Positions 11,572-23,504 of a DNA stretch of 49,244 nt are shown here, in pieces. The stretch is from Rhizaria sp. SCN 62-66. Taxonomy: Eukaryota. Where the stretch lies: contig MEDY01000217.1 of assembly GCA_001724265.1 (NCBI GenBank), forward strand, positions 1 through 49,244. Reading direction: 5' to 3'. Under the pieces are notes generated by a model. That model was given only the letters and a program-made list of their open reading frames with translations. It made no database searches and had not been told where the DNA came from. Each line of letters starts with the position of its first letter. Within the stretch, counting starts at the first letter, position 1. The position numbers and the translations under genes were made by a program.

Positions 11572-13667
11572 TCAATCACTACCAGTCGGCTGCGGCGGCG
11601 TACTCTGCACAACTGCAACATCATCGTGATGAGTACCGTCACGAGTACCTTCACGAGTACCATGAGTACCCCCAGCAGTACCGTTGTTATCTTCACGTGC
11701 GCGCTTCAAGCCACCACTGCTCGCGCCGCCACTGCTGCTCTCGTTAGTAATAGCGCGCGCGTTGTCGGTGTCGGTGTCGGTGTCGTTGTTGATGGCAGTG
11801 CTGTTGGGATTCGCAAGCACCGCTGCCACCGCGGCCAACGCGCCCGCCAGCCCCCCCTTGGCTCCTTTCCACGCCTCCAAACACGCCTTCCCTTGCTCCA
11901 TATTCGTCGCACCGAAGCAAAAAGCCGCCTCTTTGGGCTCCAAACCGGCGCGCTGGGCCGGCGTGCGGCGCGCGAGAAGGGCGGTGTACTGTGCCTCGGT
12001 CAGGAGCTGGGCCGCGAGCATCGACACGGCCGCGGGGAAAACCTGTGGCAAGTGACAAAATGGCACGGATATAACACAGAATGAGTGTAGTTGCTTATTG
12101 AAGAACGGTAACGTAGGATGATGCATACATTGCATGCTGCTGTCAAGTTGTAAGTCATATTAATATGATTGAAACAGTCAGTTCAGTGTTTTAGAATTTT
12201 GAAGAACGCGCATGGCGTCAATCGAAGGGGGTCCTTACCTGAATGATGGCGATATACCCCTGGTCAGACGCACTCCTGCGCAGGCGTGCATTAACACTCT
12301 CACCCACAGCGTTCGCAGCCGCCACAGCACTACTCGCCGCCGCGATGTTCTTGTTGCTCGCGTCGTTGTGGATGTTGCTGCTGTTGTTGGAGTTAGGACT
12401 GTTGGTGAAGATACGCGAGTTGAGCTCGAGGAGACGGCCGCGCACGGGGCACCGCAGCGCAAAGCGGGAGCCGTCAGCGCAGTCAATGACGCATAGACGG
12501 CCACCGGGAGACAGTCTAGCGGGTCCAAAGCAGAAAGAAAGAAAACGCGGGGTGTGAGCATTGCGAGGTTTTAGCTAAGAACAGTTGACATGATTTCGGA
12601 CTATCGAGGGAAAATAATACCTAAATACATCAATTTAACGACATCTTGGTTTAAATGTCCACCACATATCGATATCTCCACATGTCGCATCATTGACTCC
12701 CAAATGACTGATGATGCAACAACAAGGATTGCCGTGACATATTGACTCGGATGACGTACTTTTGAGCGCCGAGCTTCTTGCGGCCCGAGATCTTGCTGCT
12801 CTTGGCGTGCCCTGCCGCCGCCGCGGCGCGACTGCGCTCGCTGAAGACTGGCGTCGTGGCAATTACGGTCGTCAGCGCGCCCGCGGCGGCCTCGGCCTCG
12901 GCCTTGGCGGCGGCAGCGGCGGCGGCGAGGGAAGCAATCTCGGCCTCAGTCGGGGTCACAGGCGCAGGCACGGGCTCTGTTGCGGCCCCAGTCGCAGACT
13001 CAGCCTCAGTCGTCCCAGACGGTTGTGACTGTGAGCGGGTGGCGACCGCGGCTGCGAGCGCGTTCTCGGCGGCCTCAGCGGCGGCGGCCGCGGCGGCACT
13101 GGCGGCGTTGGCGGCTGCTAGTCGGGCATCGCGGGCGGCATCGTCAGCGGCGTCGGAGTCGGTCGCCGTCAGCACGGACGTAACGGTGAGATTGCGCTCG
13201 AAGATGGGGTGGCCGCGCGCGAGACCGATGACCAGAATGCTGTACATACAACATGCAAAGCGAAGTGAGGGATGAAAAGGACGATAGAGAATTTTGAGGA
13301 GTGGGTTTAAACAGCACAAAGCACATGAGACAGACAAAATAAGTCGGCTAAAGATTAAGCGCGACCATCTACTTTGGTTTAAGAGAGAGACGTACCCGCT
13401 CATGTGCATATGGAGGTAAAAGTCGCCGTCGATGGACATGATGCCGGGTGTGGTCATGTTCTCGGCGGCGTAGACGACACGGTAGTCGGTCTCAACGACC
13501 GTGGGCACGCGGGGAAAGCCCATCGAGTCAACGCTGCCGGAGCAGTACGCCTGCACAGTGCGGGACTGCGTGCTGCTGCTGGTAACAGTCGCAGTTGCAG
13601 GCGTAGGCGCTGGGGTTGCGCCCGCGGCTGCGCTGCTGCTGCTGGCAGGGAGGACTGACGCTGACAT
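11572..13667 (-). CDS. ABITRAM: Abitram / FAM206A (Simiate) family protein, 499 aa with low-complexity insertions
   Basis: Exons 13667-13396, 13239-12760, 12515-12239 and 12042-11572, all phase-consistent. Motifs DFYLHMHMSGILVIGLARGHP, KISGRKKLGAQKL, LCVIDCADGSRFALRCPVRGRLLELN, GYIAII and LLTEAQY follow the Abitram order. Confidence 0.85.
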
Positions 13668-14174
13668 CACTCAGTGGAGCGCAGTACTAGGAGTTATAGG
13701 AATATAATTAAAGGAGTATATATAAATGTAATGTTAGATAGACATAATCGGCGGGAGGCCCTATAGTCGGAAGTCTCGTTGAGTTCCAGAGTGTTTCTGT
13801 TAACGCTCTCTAAGTCGGTCTGTCGCGGGTGATGGAGAAGAAAACAAAACTGCAAAAGCAAGCCTTCTGGCCAGGCGGTGAACTGATTGTCCGATATCTT
13901 GTTCTATGCTACACCACAACCACCGTCAATAGACCCAGCTCAGATAAATATCAATATTGCACGATGGATATATCCTCTCAATATAATTCTATCACTAGTT
14001 ATGAATACTGTCCTGACCAACGCCTCATTGTTTCTCCACCCTCTTCCTCCTTTCTCGAACAGCTTGCCAACTCTTCCCAGCAAGCCTGTCTCGCACTAAA
14101 ACCGCACCCCCTCAGCCCTTCACTGCCCCTCGACTGCGCTCCCGTGCGGCGCGCGCGTGCTCGCTCTGCACACG

Positions 14175-17100
14175 ATGCTCTTCCGCCCCAGCGAAGGTAA
14201 CGGCAGCGCCGGTGCAGCTAGTGGTGGCTTCGATGGCATTCCGTTAGACTTCGGCTCCAGCTTGCGCTCTGCCCCCGGCGCCGGCCCGAGCTCTCTCTAC
14301 AGCAGTGGCGTGAGCGTTGACGGCGGCGGCGGCGGCGGTGGCCGCTCTCCGTCACCCGCTCTCAGCGCCGCCACAACCACTCTCTCCAACTCAAACACAA
14401 ACCCAATCAACAGCAACAACGCTCACGCTGCCAACGCCAGCGCGAGCGTCAACGGCGACGCCGACCAGTCTCCGGTCAAGCTTAACCAGTTCCTCGCCAC
14501 CGGTATCTGCGGCAATGATATCCTAGGCTCGTGTTTATACGCAGCCGGCCTCGTCGCAGTGCCCGCCGGCCGCTGGGCCCCCGTCTGCTTCTTCGTCGTC
14601 GGCGTTTTGCTGTACTTTTTCCGCTGGATTTACCAAGTACGCCTGGCTCTACCATTGCTGAATGACATCGCTGTATCTAAATCTTAAAACACATCTCCTT
14701 TCCGTTTTCTTTGAGAACATCTATGTGTGATATGATCCAATCGTGTGTTTTTTTTGTCGCTAATCGTCACACTTTCCGATTCTCTTTATTATTGCTTTCC
14801 AAACGTCCAGGAGGTTGGCCAGGCTTTACCCGTCAACGGCGGCACCTACACCCTGCTGCTCAACACCTCCTCAAAGCAAGCAGCCGCCTTTGCCGGCTCC
14901 CTCACCCTGCTTTCCTACGTTGCCACAGCCGTCGTCTCGGCGAACAGCGCAATGCACTACTTGCGCGAACTGTGGCCCGAGCTCCAAGTGTATCCCACAG
15001 TCGTCCTGCTGCTTTTCATCTTTGCCGTCATCAACCTCATTGGCATCCGTGAGTCCGCGTATAATGCCTTAATCATTTTTTCGGTTCACCTCATCACGCT
15101 CACGATCTTCATGGTGGGCTGTTTGCTCTATATCATCGATGACGGAGCACAAACGCTATGGGCGAACCTTGCTTCCCCGCCGGCGTTAGGTGATCCCTTA
15201 GCGATTGCGTATGGCTTCTGTGTTGCGCTGCTTGGTGTTACCGGGTTCGAAACCTCCGCAAACTACATTGAAGTCCGTATATCTCTCTCGACGTCAACCA
15301 CGCCTCTCACATTCAATTTTCTTCTTGTTCTGCGAAAATTTCATGTTGGTATGATGTTGATATGAACATAATTTGCCCCATTTAGCTCGGCTTATAATTG
15401 CGTTAACTCCTTTTCATCTTTGTTTTGCTTTTTAGGCACAAGCGACCGGTGTGTACCCACGCGTTCTGCGCAACGTCTGCGTGCTCGTGATCGTCGTCAA
15501 CCCGCTCATCTCGCTGCTCTCGATGGGCGTTTTGCCGCACGCACTCGCTGCCGGTGTGAAAAACCATCTCGTGTCCTCCGCCGCTTACGCCGCGCAGGGC
15601 CACTGGTTGCACGTACTCGTGACCCTGGACGCGGTACTCGTGCTCTCGGGTTCCGTCCTCACCGCCTTCATCGGCGTCCAGGGTCTCGCGTACCGCATGG
15701 CGCTCGACGGTGCTCTTCCGCAAGCCCTTACTTCCCTTTCCGCGCTGCGCGGCACACAGCACGTGTCGGTGCTGCTTTTCTTCCTCGTCGCTGTGTCGCT
15801 GCACGTGCTCTGCGCCGCTGACATCCGCGTCCTCTCCGGCGTCTACACCATGTCTTTCGTCGCTCTGCTTGTCTGCTTTGTCTGCGGAAATATGCTGCTC
15901 AAACGCTACCGCGGCGCTCTTCCGCGGCGGTCACCGGCATCGCGAACTTCGGTCCTGTTGGCGCTCACGGGTGCGCTGCTCGGGCTCGCGGGTACCGCGG
16001 CGAACCAGCCCGACATGGCGCTGTACGCAGTGTTCTACGTCTCGGTTGTGTTCGCCGTCGTCCTCGCGTGTTTGCACCGACTGGCGATCTTGCGCGCAGT
16101 GGCGGCGGCACTCTCGGCGCTTAACGTCGGCGCGCGCACCAAAGCCGCGGCCGTGGAGCAGATCGCGCGGGAGCAGCACATGGGGCTGGTGTTCTTCTTG
16201 CAGAATGAGAGTAACGATGATTTGAGGCAAGTTTGTCGGTATATCCTGCAGAACGAAGAGAGGCGCCTGCTCAAGGTGGTCAAGGTCACACCGACGCCGC
16301 TCGCGCCCGCCGAACTCGTACGTGCACAAAAATTAGCTTTTTTTTCACATGCTTCTCTGTTGTGTTTGTGTATTTCTGAACGAATTCTCTGTATTGTGTG
16401 TAATGTTGCATTTGTATTTCAACGTCACTCATTTTTCATTGTTTTTCCTGTGAACCTGTGTATATCTCGTAGCTTTCTCTGCGGACGCGTATCGACGCGC
16501 TGGCCGCCGAAGTGTCCATGTGGACGAGTCCGGCCACCGTCACCATCACGCCCACGATCGGCACGACGGCTGACATCAACAACACTATTGCCAACGCCAG
16601 CAGCACTCGGAGCCCCTCAAAGCGCAGTAAATTTACTGCGACTGCGAACGCGAACGCGAATGCTGGGTTGAGTGACTTGGAGTCTGGTTTCTCGAGCAAT
16701 AATGAGAAATCTGCAGTCTCAACGACCGGCGTGAGCAGCAGCAAGTCTAGCTCTAGCACTGCGGCCGCGAGTAATGCAGCAACGCAGAGTAGTGCGATTA
16801 TGAGCTCCATCACCGCCGCTGCTCCCGTGTCCGTGCCCCTCGAAGCCGCGTTAGAGCTGCAGCTAGAGGCCGAGGTCGGTGTGTTGAGTGCAGCGCTCGT
16901 GGAGGAGTTGCACCAACGGTGGTCAGTGCCGTCGAACTTCATGTTTGTCGCTTGTCCCACGAAAGACACGCCCGTACGCCACTTTGCATTTCACTTTAGC
17001 AACTCGACCCATATGCATGTTATATTCTTTAAGCGATGCATGATTCCAACGTGCTTTTTTAAAAACATATTTGATTTCGTTCTACATGGACTTATTCGCT

Positions 17101-17743
17101 TACTTGTGTTCTTGTATTCCTAATCTTCTTGCTTTTCACTCCTAATTGACGGCAGTGGGAGTACGCAGCTCTGGGCGGCGTGCGCATCATCATCCAGGGC
17201 TCAGCCGCCGTGGCCGCGGCTGCAGCGGCCGCGGACGCCGCTGACGACGACGCCTCCGCCTTCGCCGACCTCAACAGCTCCAACAGCGCCGGCGTCAGCA
17301 AGCGTGGCGTGCAGAGCAACAGCAGCGGCGGCCTCGCTGGCGCGAGCAGTTACGCGAACGACATCGACGCGATTGAGCGCGCGCCGCTTCTGCTCTCGAC
17401 CTCAGCCTCGTCTAAGTACCCCCAGCAGCCGTCTAAATACTTCGGCGCACAGTTGCCCAACAGCAGTGCCTACACCGGCAACGGCGGGATGCACCCCGGT
17501 GGCAGTCCGATCGTGACGTCGCCGATCATCGCCAACCCAGCGGTCGCCGCCGCTGCTCTGATCAACCCCAAAACCGCGATCAATGGAGGCGGCAGCAGCG
17601 GGAGCAATGGGCAGCAAGCTCAGCAACACATGCAGCACGCACATGGACCGGTGGGACAAGGGTATGCGGGAGTTTATGTCGGTAGGGAGACGACGGAGGC
17701 AGAGAATGACTACCTGCAACGCGCGGCTGCGCTGCACAGTTGA
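14175..17743 (+). CDS. APC-superfamily amino acid permease, 964 aa
   Basis: Exons 14175-14636, 14811-15272, 15436-16317, 16473-16973 and 17156-17743, all phase 0. Motifs LATGICGNDILGSCLY, ALPVNGGTY, GVTGFETSANYIE, RMALDGALP and C-terminal LGGVRII. Many hydrophobic TM-like segments. Confidence 0.9.
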
Positions 17744-18134
17744 GCTCGAGACGGGCGCAACAGCGAATGTGACAGGTCATTGTTGAGTACCACAGCTCGT
17801 TTCTTGAAAGATGGTCAAGTACTGAAGGACCGATTCGATATATAAACAACGATTCACTGATTGATTTGCCTTTCTCGCTCTATTTTAGTTGCTGCGATGT
17901 TAAATTTCACATGTTATATCCAACAATGCGATCAAATTACACGGTAATGCATTCTGAGCAGCCCTTATAGGGACGATTAGTGAAGGTATACCTGCCTGAC
18001 CCCAGACAATGTTAAGTATCAATGTGAAAATATGCACAATGTATTATATATTTTAAGGTGGGTGAAATAGATTTCGATAAGATTGAGTTGTACTTTTATT
18101 TGTTCGAGTTTTGCGTAGAGCCGACTGGCTTTGA

Positions 18135-18172
18135 TAGCCGTTGGAGTGGTGGGGCTTCGGGTAGCCGTTGAG
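18135..18172 (-). promoter_or_regulatory. Two MSA-like (Myb3R/B-Myb type) elements
   Basis: The minus strand reads TCCAACGGCTA (18145-18135; exact match to MSA consensus YCYAACGGYYA) and CTCAACGGCTA (18172-18162), 130-170 bp upstream of ATG 18306. Confidence 0.5.
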
Positions 18173-18305
18173 CGGCCTTCTTCTTTACCTTTCTGCTGCT
18201 ATATCCCATCATTAAATATCTCTGCCAATAAGTGCCCAAATAACTAACTATTAATTTATTTCTAATTTTAAAATAATGTACCCTATAGACACGAGCTTCG
18301 TCGCC

Positions 18306-21300
18306 ATGTCGAGCCTTGGAGTTTCACTCTCTCCACGCGCCCGTCGTGCCAGCCTCAGGTACGCTTCTCCTGCAATACCCCTATAGAATCACGGATGTCT
18401 AAAGTATATCAACTGACCTAGCTTATGTCACATGATTGCGCATTTTATTTTACTGTTTGATCGCTATTAGCTCGATGAGTCACGTCCCGCACGAGGAGGA
18501 CGAGAACGGCATCCCCATCCTCTCCACCCAGAACCGCGCCCCTCTCGGCGCGCTCTCCCCCAAGCTCGCCAACACGTCCATCGTCACTGCTATCTCCCCG
18601 CGCTCTCTTGGCGCCAAGCGTTTGAGTCTTAACGCCACGAAACCGGCTCCGCTAAAGCCCCTGGGTGCTGGTGGTGCTGTCGCAAAGATCACCCTCCTCA
18701 CCCCCAAACCCAGCACTCTCTCCAGCACCACCACTGTTCCTGTTCCCGTCTCTGCACCTGCTGCTGCTCCTGCTGCGCCGAAGCTCGCTGTTGCGGAGTC
18801 ATCTTCCCTCTCCGGCATGCTTCCACCGCCGCCCCGCGTTGTCCGCTACGTTCCCGCTCAGAACGACAACAACGACGACGATGACAAGGATGACTACGCA
18901 AACGACGACTACGACAACAACTCCAAGCAGACCACCACCGCTGCCCCCGCGCCCGTGTTTGCCGCCCCCGCGACGCCTATCCGCGGCGCCCCTCCTTCCG
19001 CCGCTGCGGCTGCGGCGGAGGCTGCGACAGCGGTGAAGCGTCCGGCCCCTGCAACTCCGTCTGTGGCGCTTGCTCTGCTCGCACGCGCAGGCCGCACCGT
19101 CGCTGGCTCTACCCCCGCTAAGTCCTCCACGCTCAACACTAACACCAGCTCCAACAGTAGCGTTGGCGGCGTCTACAGCTCCGACAGCACGGCAGCTAAT
19201 GCAACGCTCGCTTCTGCCTCTGCTGTTGCTGCGCCGACGCCTTCGCGCATGCCTGCAACTGCGACGCTGCTGTCAGTTGCCCGTTCTGCCGCCGCCGCCA
19301 AGGACTGGACTCGCGCGCTCGGGTACTTACACCGCCTCATTCCCGCTGCTGCTTACACGCATACTAGCTCGACCGCGACCGCGAGTGCCGGTGTATCTGC
19401 GGCTGTTGCCGGCAATGCGGAGATCTGGGCGCTCATCGCGCGCGCGCACTCTGGCGCTGGCCGGCAGGCGGAGGCTCTGGCAGCGGTCAAGGCTGGCGTT
19501 GCGGTCGGGGCTGAGCCTGAGTCTGTGCTTGCCGCCGTTCAGCGCGAGCTTATGACGTCAGTCCTCGGCATTAACGCAGCTGTCGTCGCGAGTGCTAATA
19601 AGACCGGTCTTAGCGCTGAGGCCGAGGAGCAGGCTGCGAAGGCGTCTATTGCGTACATGCGTCAGCAGGCTCGCTCGCACAACACTCTCAGTAGCGCTAG
19701 CATCAGTGTAAACACCGCTGTGAACACAGCCAGTGCGTCTGCTGCTTCTCCGGCGAGTGCCGCGGCCGCTGCTGTTGTTGTTTCTGCTGTTTCCGCAAAA
19801 CAAGGCACCCCCAGTCGTGCTGAGTTGCTGCAGCGTTCTGCGAAGCTTGTGCGCCGTGCTAGGCGGATGGTGAACAACGACGGCGATGCCGGCAGCGACA
19901 GTGAGGGTGGCAGCGATGACAACAGCGCTGTTCTGTCTAAGGGTCGTGTTGTAAGTACCCTCAACATGGGCAGCCGCTTTGAGGGCCGTCTTAACTTAAG
20001 CGACATTGATGACTCCTTTGACGAAACTACCACAGCCAAGGCCACCGCTGTTCCTGCTGCTGCTGCTGCTGCTGCTGTTGCGTCGGTCTCTGCCCCTGTT
20101 GTTGCTGCTCCTGCTGCTCATGTCCCTGGCCCTGTTGAGGCTGCTGCTCCGGCGGCTAATGGGATTACTGCGGCCCCCATCAAGCTCATTCTTACTCCTG
20201 CTCCTGTTGCGGCAGCTGAGAGCACTAACACTGCCACCAATGTGGGCGTTCGCAACAGCAGCGCCGCCAGTGAGATGTGCGACAACAATCACTTGCACGC
20301 GCCCGACGGCGCTGCCCACGGTCACTCCCCTGCTCACGGGCCTTTCAACGGCCCCATCGAGACCCCCCTGCTGTTCAAGCCCCACGCCCGCGGCCCTGGT
20401 TTTGACGCCATCCAGTACCTGCCGTCGCTACCTCGTGTCTCCGTGCCGTATTCACCGGCCATGGCGTCGCTGCCGCCGTCAGCCGCGAGCACGCCGTCAT
20501 ACTCGCTCACTCTCAGCCCCTCACAGTCCGACTCACAGTCGCAGGCGCATTCGCAGAGCTCACGGTCACCCGCGAGTTCCGTGAGTGTCAGTGGTCCGAG
20601 CAGTCGCAGGCAGAGCCGCGCTGTGAAGCGCCTCTCGATGTCGTCCGCTGTTTCTGACGGTGACAACAATGATGACATCGCTGTTGACGATATTGATAAC
20701 GACTGGGACAACGGCGGGAGCGATGCTGAGACTGTTTCTCCTCGCATCAAGCGCAGTAGTAGCGGTAACGGCAACAGCAACAACAATGCGAGCGCGACGG
20801 GTACTGGTGCTGCTGCTCAGAGTCAGGGCGGCGGCAGCGTTTATGGTGGTGATCCGAACGATCCTGAGCTGCTTGAGCTGCTCCGTCTCACTCTCGACCA
20901 CGACGCTGGTGACGACAGCAATCACGCCGCAAAGCCTCCCGCGGCAGCCGCAAAGGCTATCTCGTCGACGACGAAGGCGAAGAGCTTGCGTCGTCTGAGC
21001 GATCAGTCCGCTTTTGCGCTCTCTTTCAACGCCAACATCAGCAGCTCCAATAACGGTATTGCTAGCAACGCAAGTGGTGTTGTAGGCTGTGCGAAGAAGG
21101 CTGCCGCTCGCCGCACCTCTACCGGCGCGAGCCACACGCGCGCTGCCATGCACGACGACGACGATGACGACGACTTTGACCATTCACTTGCTGATGTGAA
21201 CTTTGACGCACCGACGCTGACGACCTCTCTCTCTGCAATGCCGGTCAAGCCCCAGACTCATCTCAGCTCGCAGCCGCTGATCGCGCCGTCTTTCACTGCA

Positions 21301-22956
21301 CAGGCCTCTGGCTCTAGCACTGCGAGCACGGGCAGCAGCCGTTTCGGGGCGAGTATCAGTGGCTATGACGCCAGTAGCAACCCTCTTATTGCCAGCGCTA
21401 AGAAGTCCCCTGCCCGCGCCCGTATGCCGCAGAACAACGGCTCTAGCGGCGGTGCATACAGCGGCGCGTACGCCAGCGTCACGAGTGCGGTTACGAGTAC
21501 TTCTGCGGCAGCGGCTCCTTCTGCGAGCGCTGTGAACGCGCACAGCAGCAGCCGTTACGCCACGAGTGCGGGACGCGCGGGTGACCGTGAGCAGCCCCCT
21601 CACGAGTACGCGAGTTACAACTTCAGCGCGGCTGACGCCATCGCTGCTGCTATGGCGGCGGTTGCGGCGATGCCTACTCCACCTAAGGGGGGCCGCAAGG
21701 GCGGTGCCAAGACCGCCGTCGCCAAAAACAAGCCTGCTGCTTCTGCAAAGTCTAGCGGTGACAACGCTGAGAGCTCGGCGGTGGCGGCGGCAGCGACTGC
21801 GGCTGCTGTTGCTGCTGCTGTTGCGTCCCCCGCGCGCCGTGTGCCAGTGCGTGGCGGCGGCCTCGAGCGCCGTTTGGCCAACGACCTCGCACAGCTCCAC
21901 TCCAACCCGTCTGCCAGCACCGACGTCAGCGCCAACAACGCTAGCGCGAACGCCAGTGCGAATGCGGCTGCTGCTGAGGGCGCGAGTGTGGTTGTGGTTG
22001 AGCAGAGCCGCGCTACAGTGTCGCAGCGCAAGGCACTCGGAAGCGAGTTCGTCCTTTCCCCTGTCCGCCGTTCTAAGCGCAATCTCACTGCCTACAACAG
22101 CAACGCTGATGAGGCCAGCAGCAGTGCGGGTGCAAGCGCGGGCGGTGAGAGTATGTTCGCAACTCTGGGCCGTACCACTGTCCACAGCCGCATCCATCAC
22201 GGCAGCCACGCTCCACTCACCGCCACTGCCGCGACCGCGAACTCGATCAACAGCAGCATCGGCGGCAGTTTCGTGCCCACCAAGAGCAGCTCGAACAAGG
22301 GCATGAGCTGGGTGCCTGCTGTTGAGGAAGCGACTGTCGCGTTGATGCTGTCCAAGCCGCACGCGTTTTCGTTTGTGCCCAATCCAGCGCTCCATGGCAG
22401 CACTGCGGTCGCGCTCGGAAACCGCATGACGCAGGCTCTCGCGCCCGCCCCGAATAACACTTCCTCGAGCTCCAACTCTAGCTCCAGCCCTAGCGCGAGC
22501 GCGAGCGCGAGTGTGAGCGCTAGTAATGGGACGCCTAGTCGTGTCCGTGTTGGCGCCCGCACAGCCGCCCCACATGCACGCTCTGCTAGCAACGTGAGCA
22601 ACTCTACACAGGCTGACACTGAGTCTGCTGCTGCTCCCGTAGTCTCTAAGACTGCCGCTGCCGCCACGAGCGCGAGCGTTAAGCCTAGTGTTAGTATCAA
22701 GCGTGCTGCTACGGCGACGGCGTCTGTTGGCGGCGTTATGCGCCTCCCTGTTGGCCCCACTGCTGCCGCTGCTGCTGCTGCTGCGACAAACAGCAACACT
22801 GCTAGTGCTGCTGTCAATGTTGTTGCTGCTGCTGGCGCTCGCGCTACCCGCACTACTCGTGCCAGCGCTAACACTGATGTCTCTGCCGCCGTTGGCAACG
22901 ACGAGATCGTTGTTGCTGCAAAGCGTCCTGCTACACGTCAACAGCGCAAGGCTTGA
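18306..22956 (+). CDS. Large low-complexity protein with CKAP2/CKAP2L-like motifs (putative mitotic microtubule-associated protein), 1512 aa
   Basis: Exons 18306-18358 and 18471-22956 (GTACGC..TAG, phase 2). Motifs EIWALIAR...AGVAVGAEP, FVLSPVRRSKR and FVPNPAL occur in CKAP2 C-domain order. N-terminal D-box-like RAPLGAL and many S/T-P sites. The CDS is solid; the product call is tentative. Confidence 0.65.
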
Positions 22957-23504
22957 ACAATGCAATGATTCTAGCAAGAGTTGATGCAAAAGCCAAACAG
23001 CACATTATACTGTGCGCTACACCAATCATTTATTTTTCTGTGAAGAGATGTCAACTTAAAAGTCTGACATATGACTTATTTTTGATTGCTGTTTTATTCT
23101 ACCTGTATAATGAAAAGACCTAACGCGTGGAGCGTTAGGCTCGCTGCAGGTGATTTCAGCAACATTAACGCTAGACAAACCCGTTGTAAGAAAGGTCGGA
23201 TATGTCTCACGTAATAAACTACGATACAAACTAGTCACTACTTGTTTTCAATCATCACAACACATTCTAATTGTATTCATACAGTCTGAGTATCAATCAC
23301 CACTCCCCAAACAGGGAGCGTTTCTATCAAGGATCACAAACACAATCTTTCACAACATTCATAGAACTATTTAAAATCAGATACAAAACGTTGCGCACAG
23401 CAAATGAACAGAATGAGACAACAACGAAGATTGACGCGTGCCATGACTCAGTTGTCATGGCATATCAGCGTTACTCTCGTGCACTTGCGCTTTTTAGTAG
23501 CTTT

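Noticed and set aside
9954..17743. Roadblock gene near an amino-acid permease as a Ragulator-like sensing cluster
   Set aside because: They are separated by an unrelated gene, and the permease looks like a different APC subfamily from SLC38A9. Proximity is weak evidence in eukaryotes.
21184..22989. 601-aa antisense ORF and the many other overlapping ORFs in the track
   Set aside because: These are shadows of GC-rich, repetitive sense-strand genes, with no motifs or independent gene structure.
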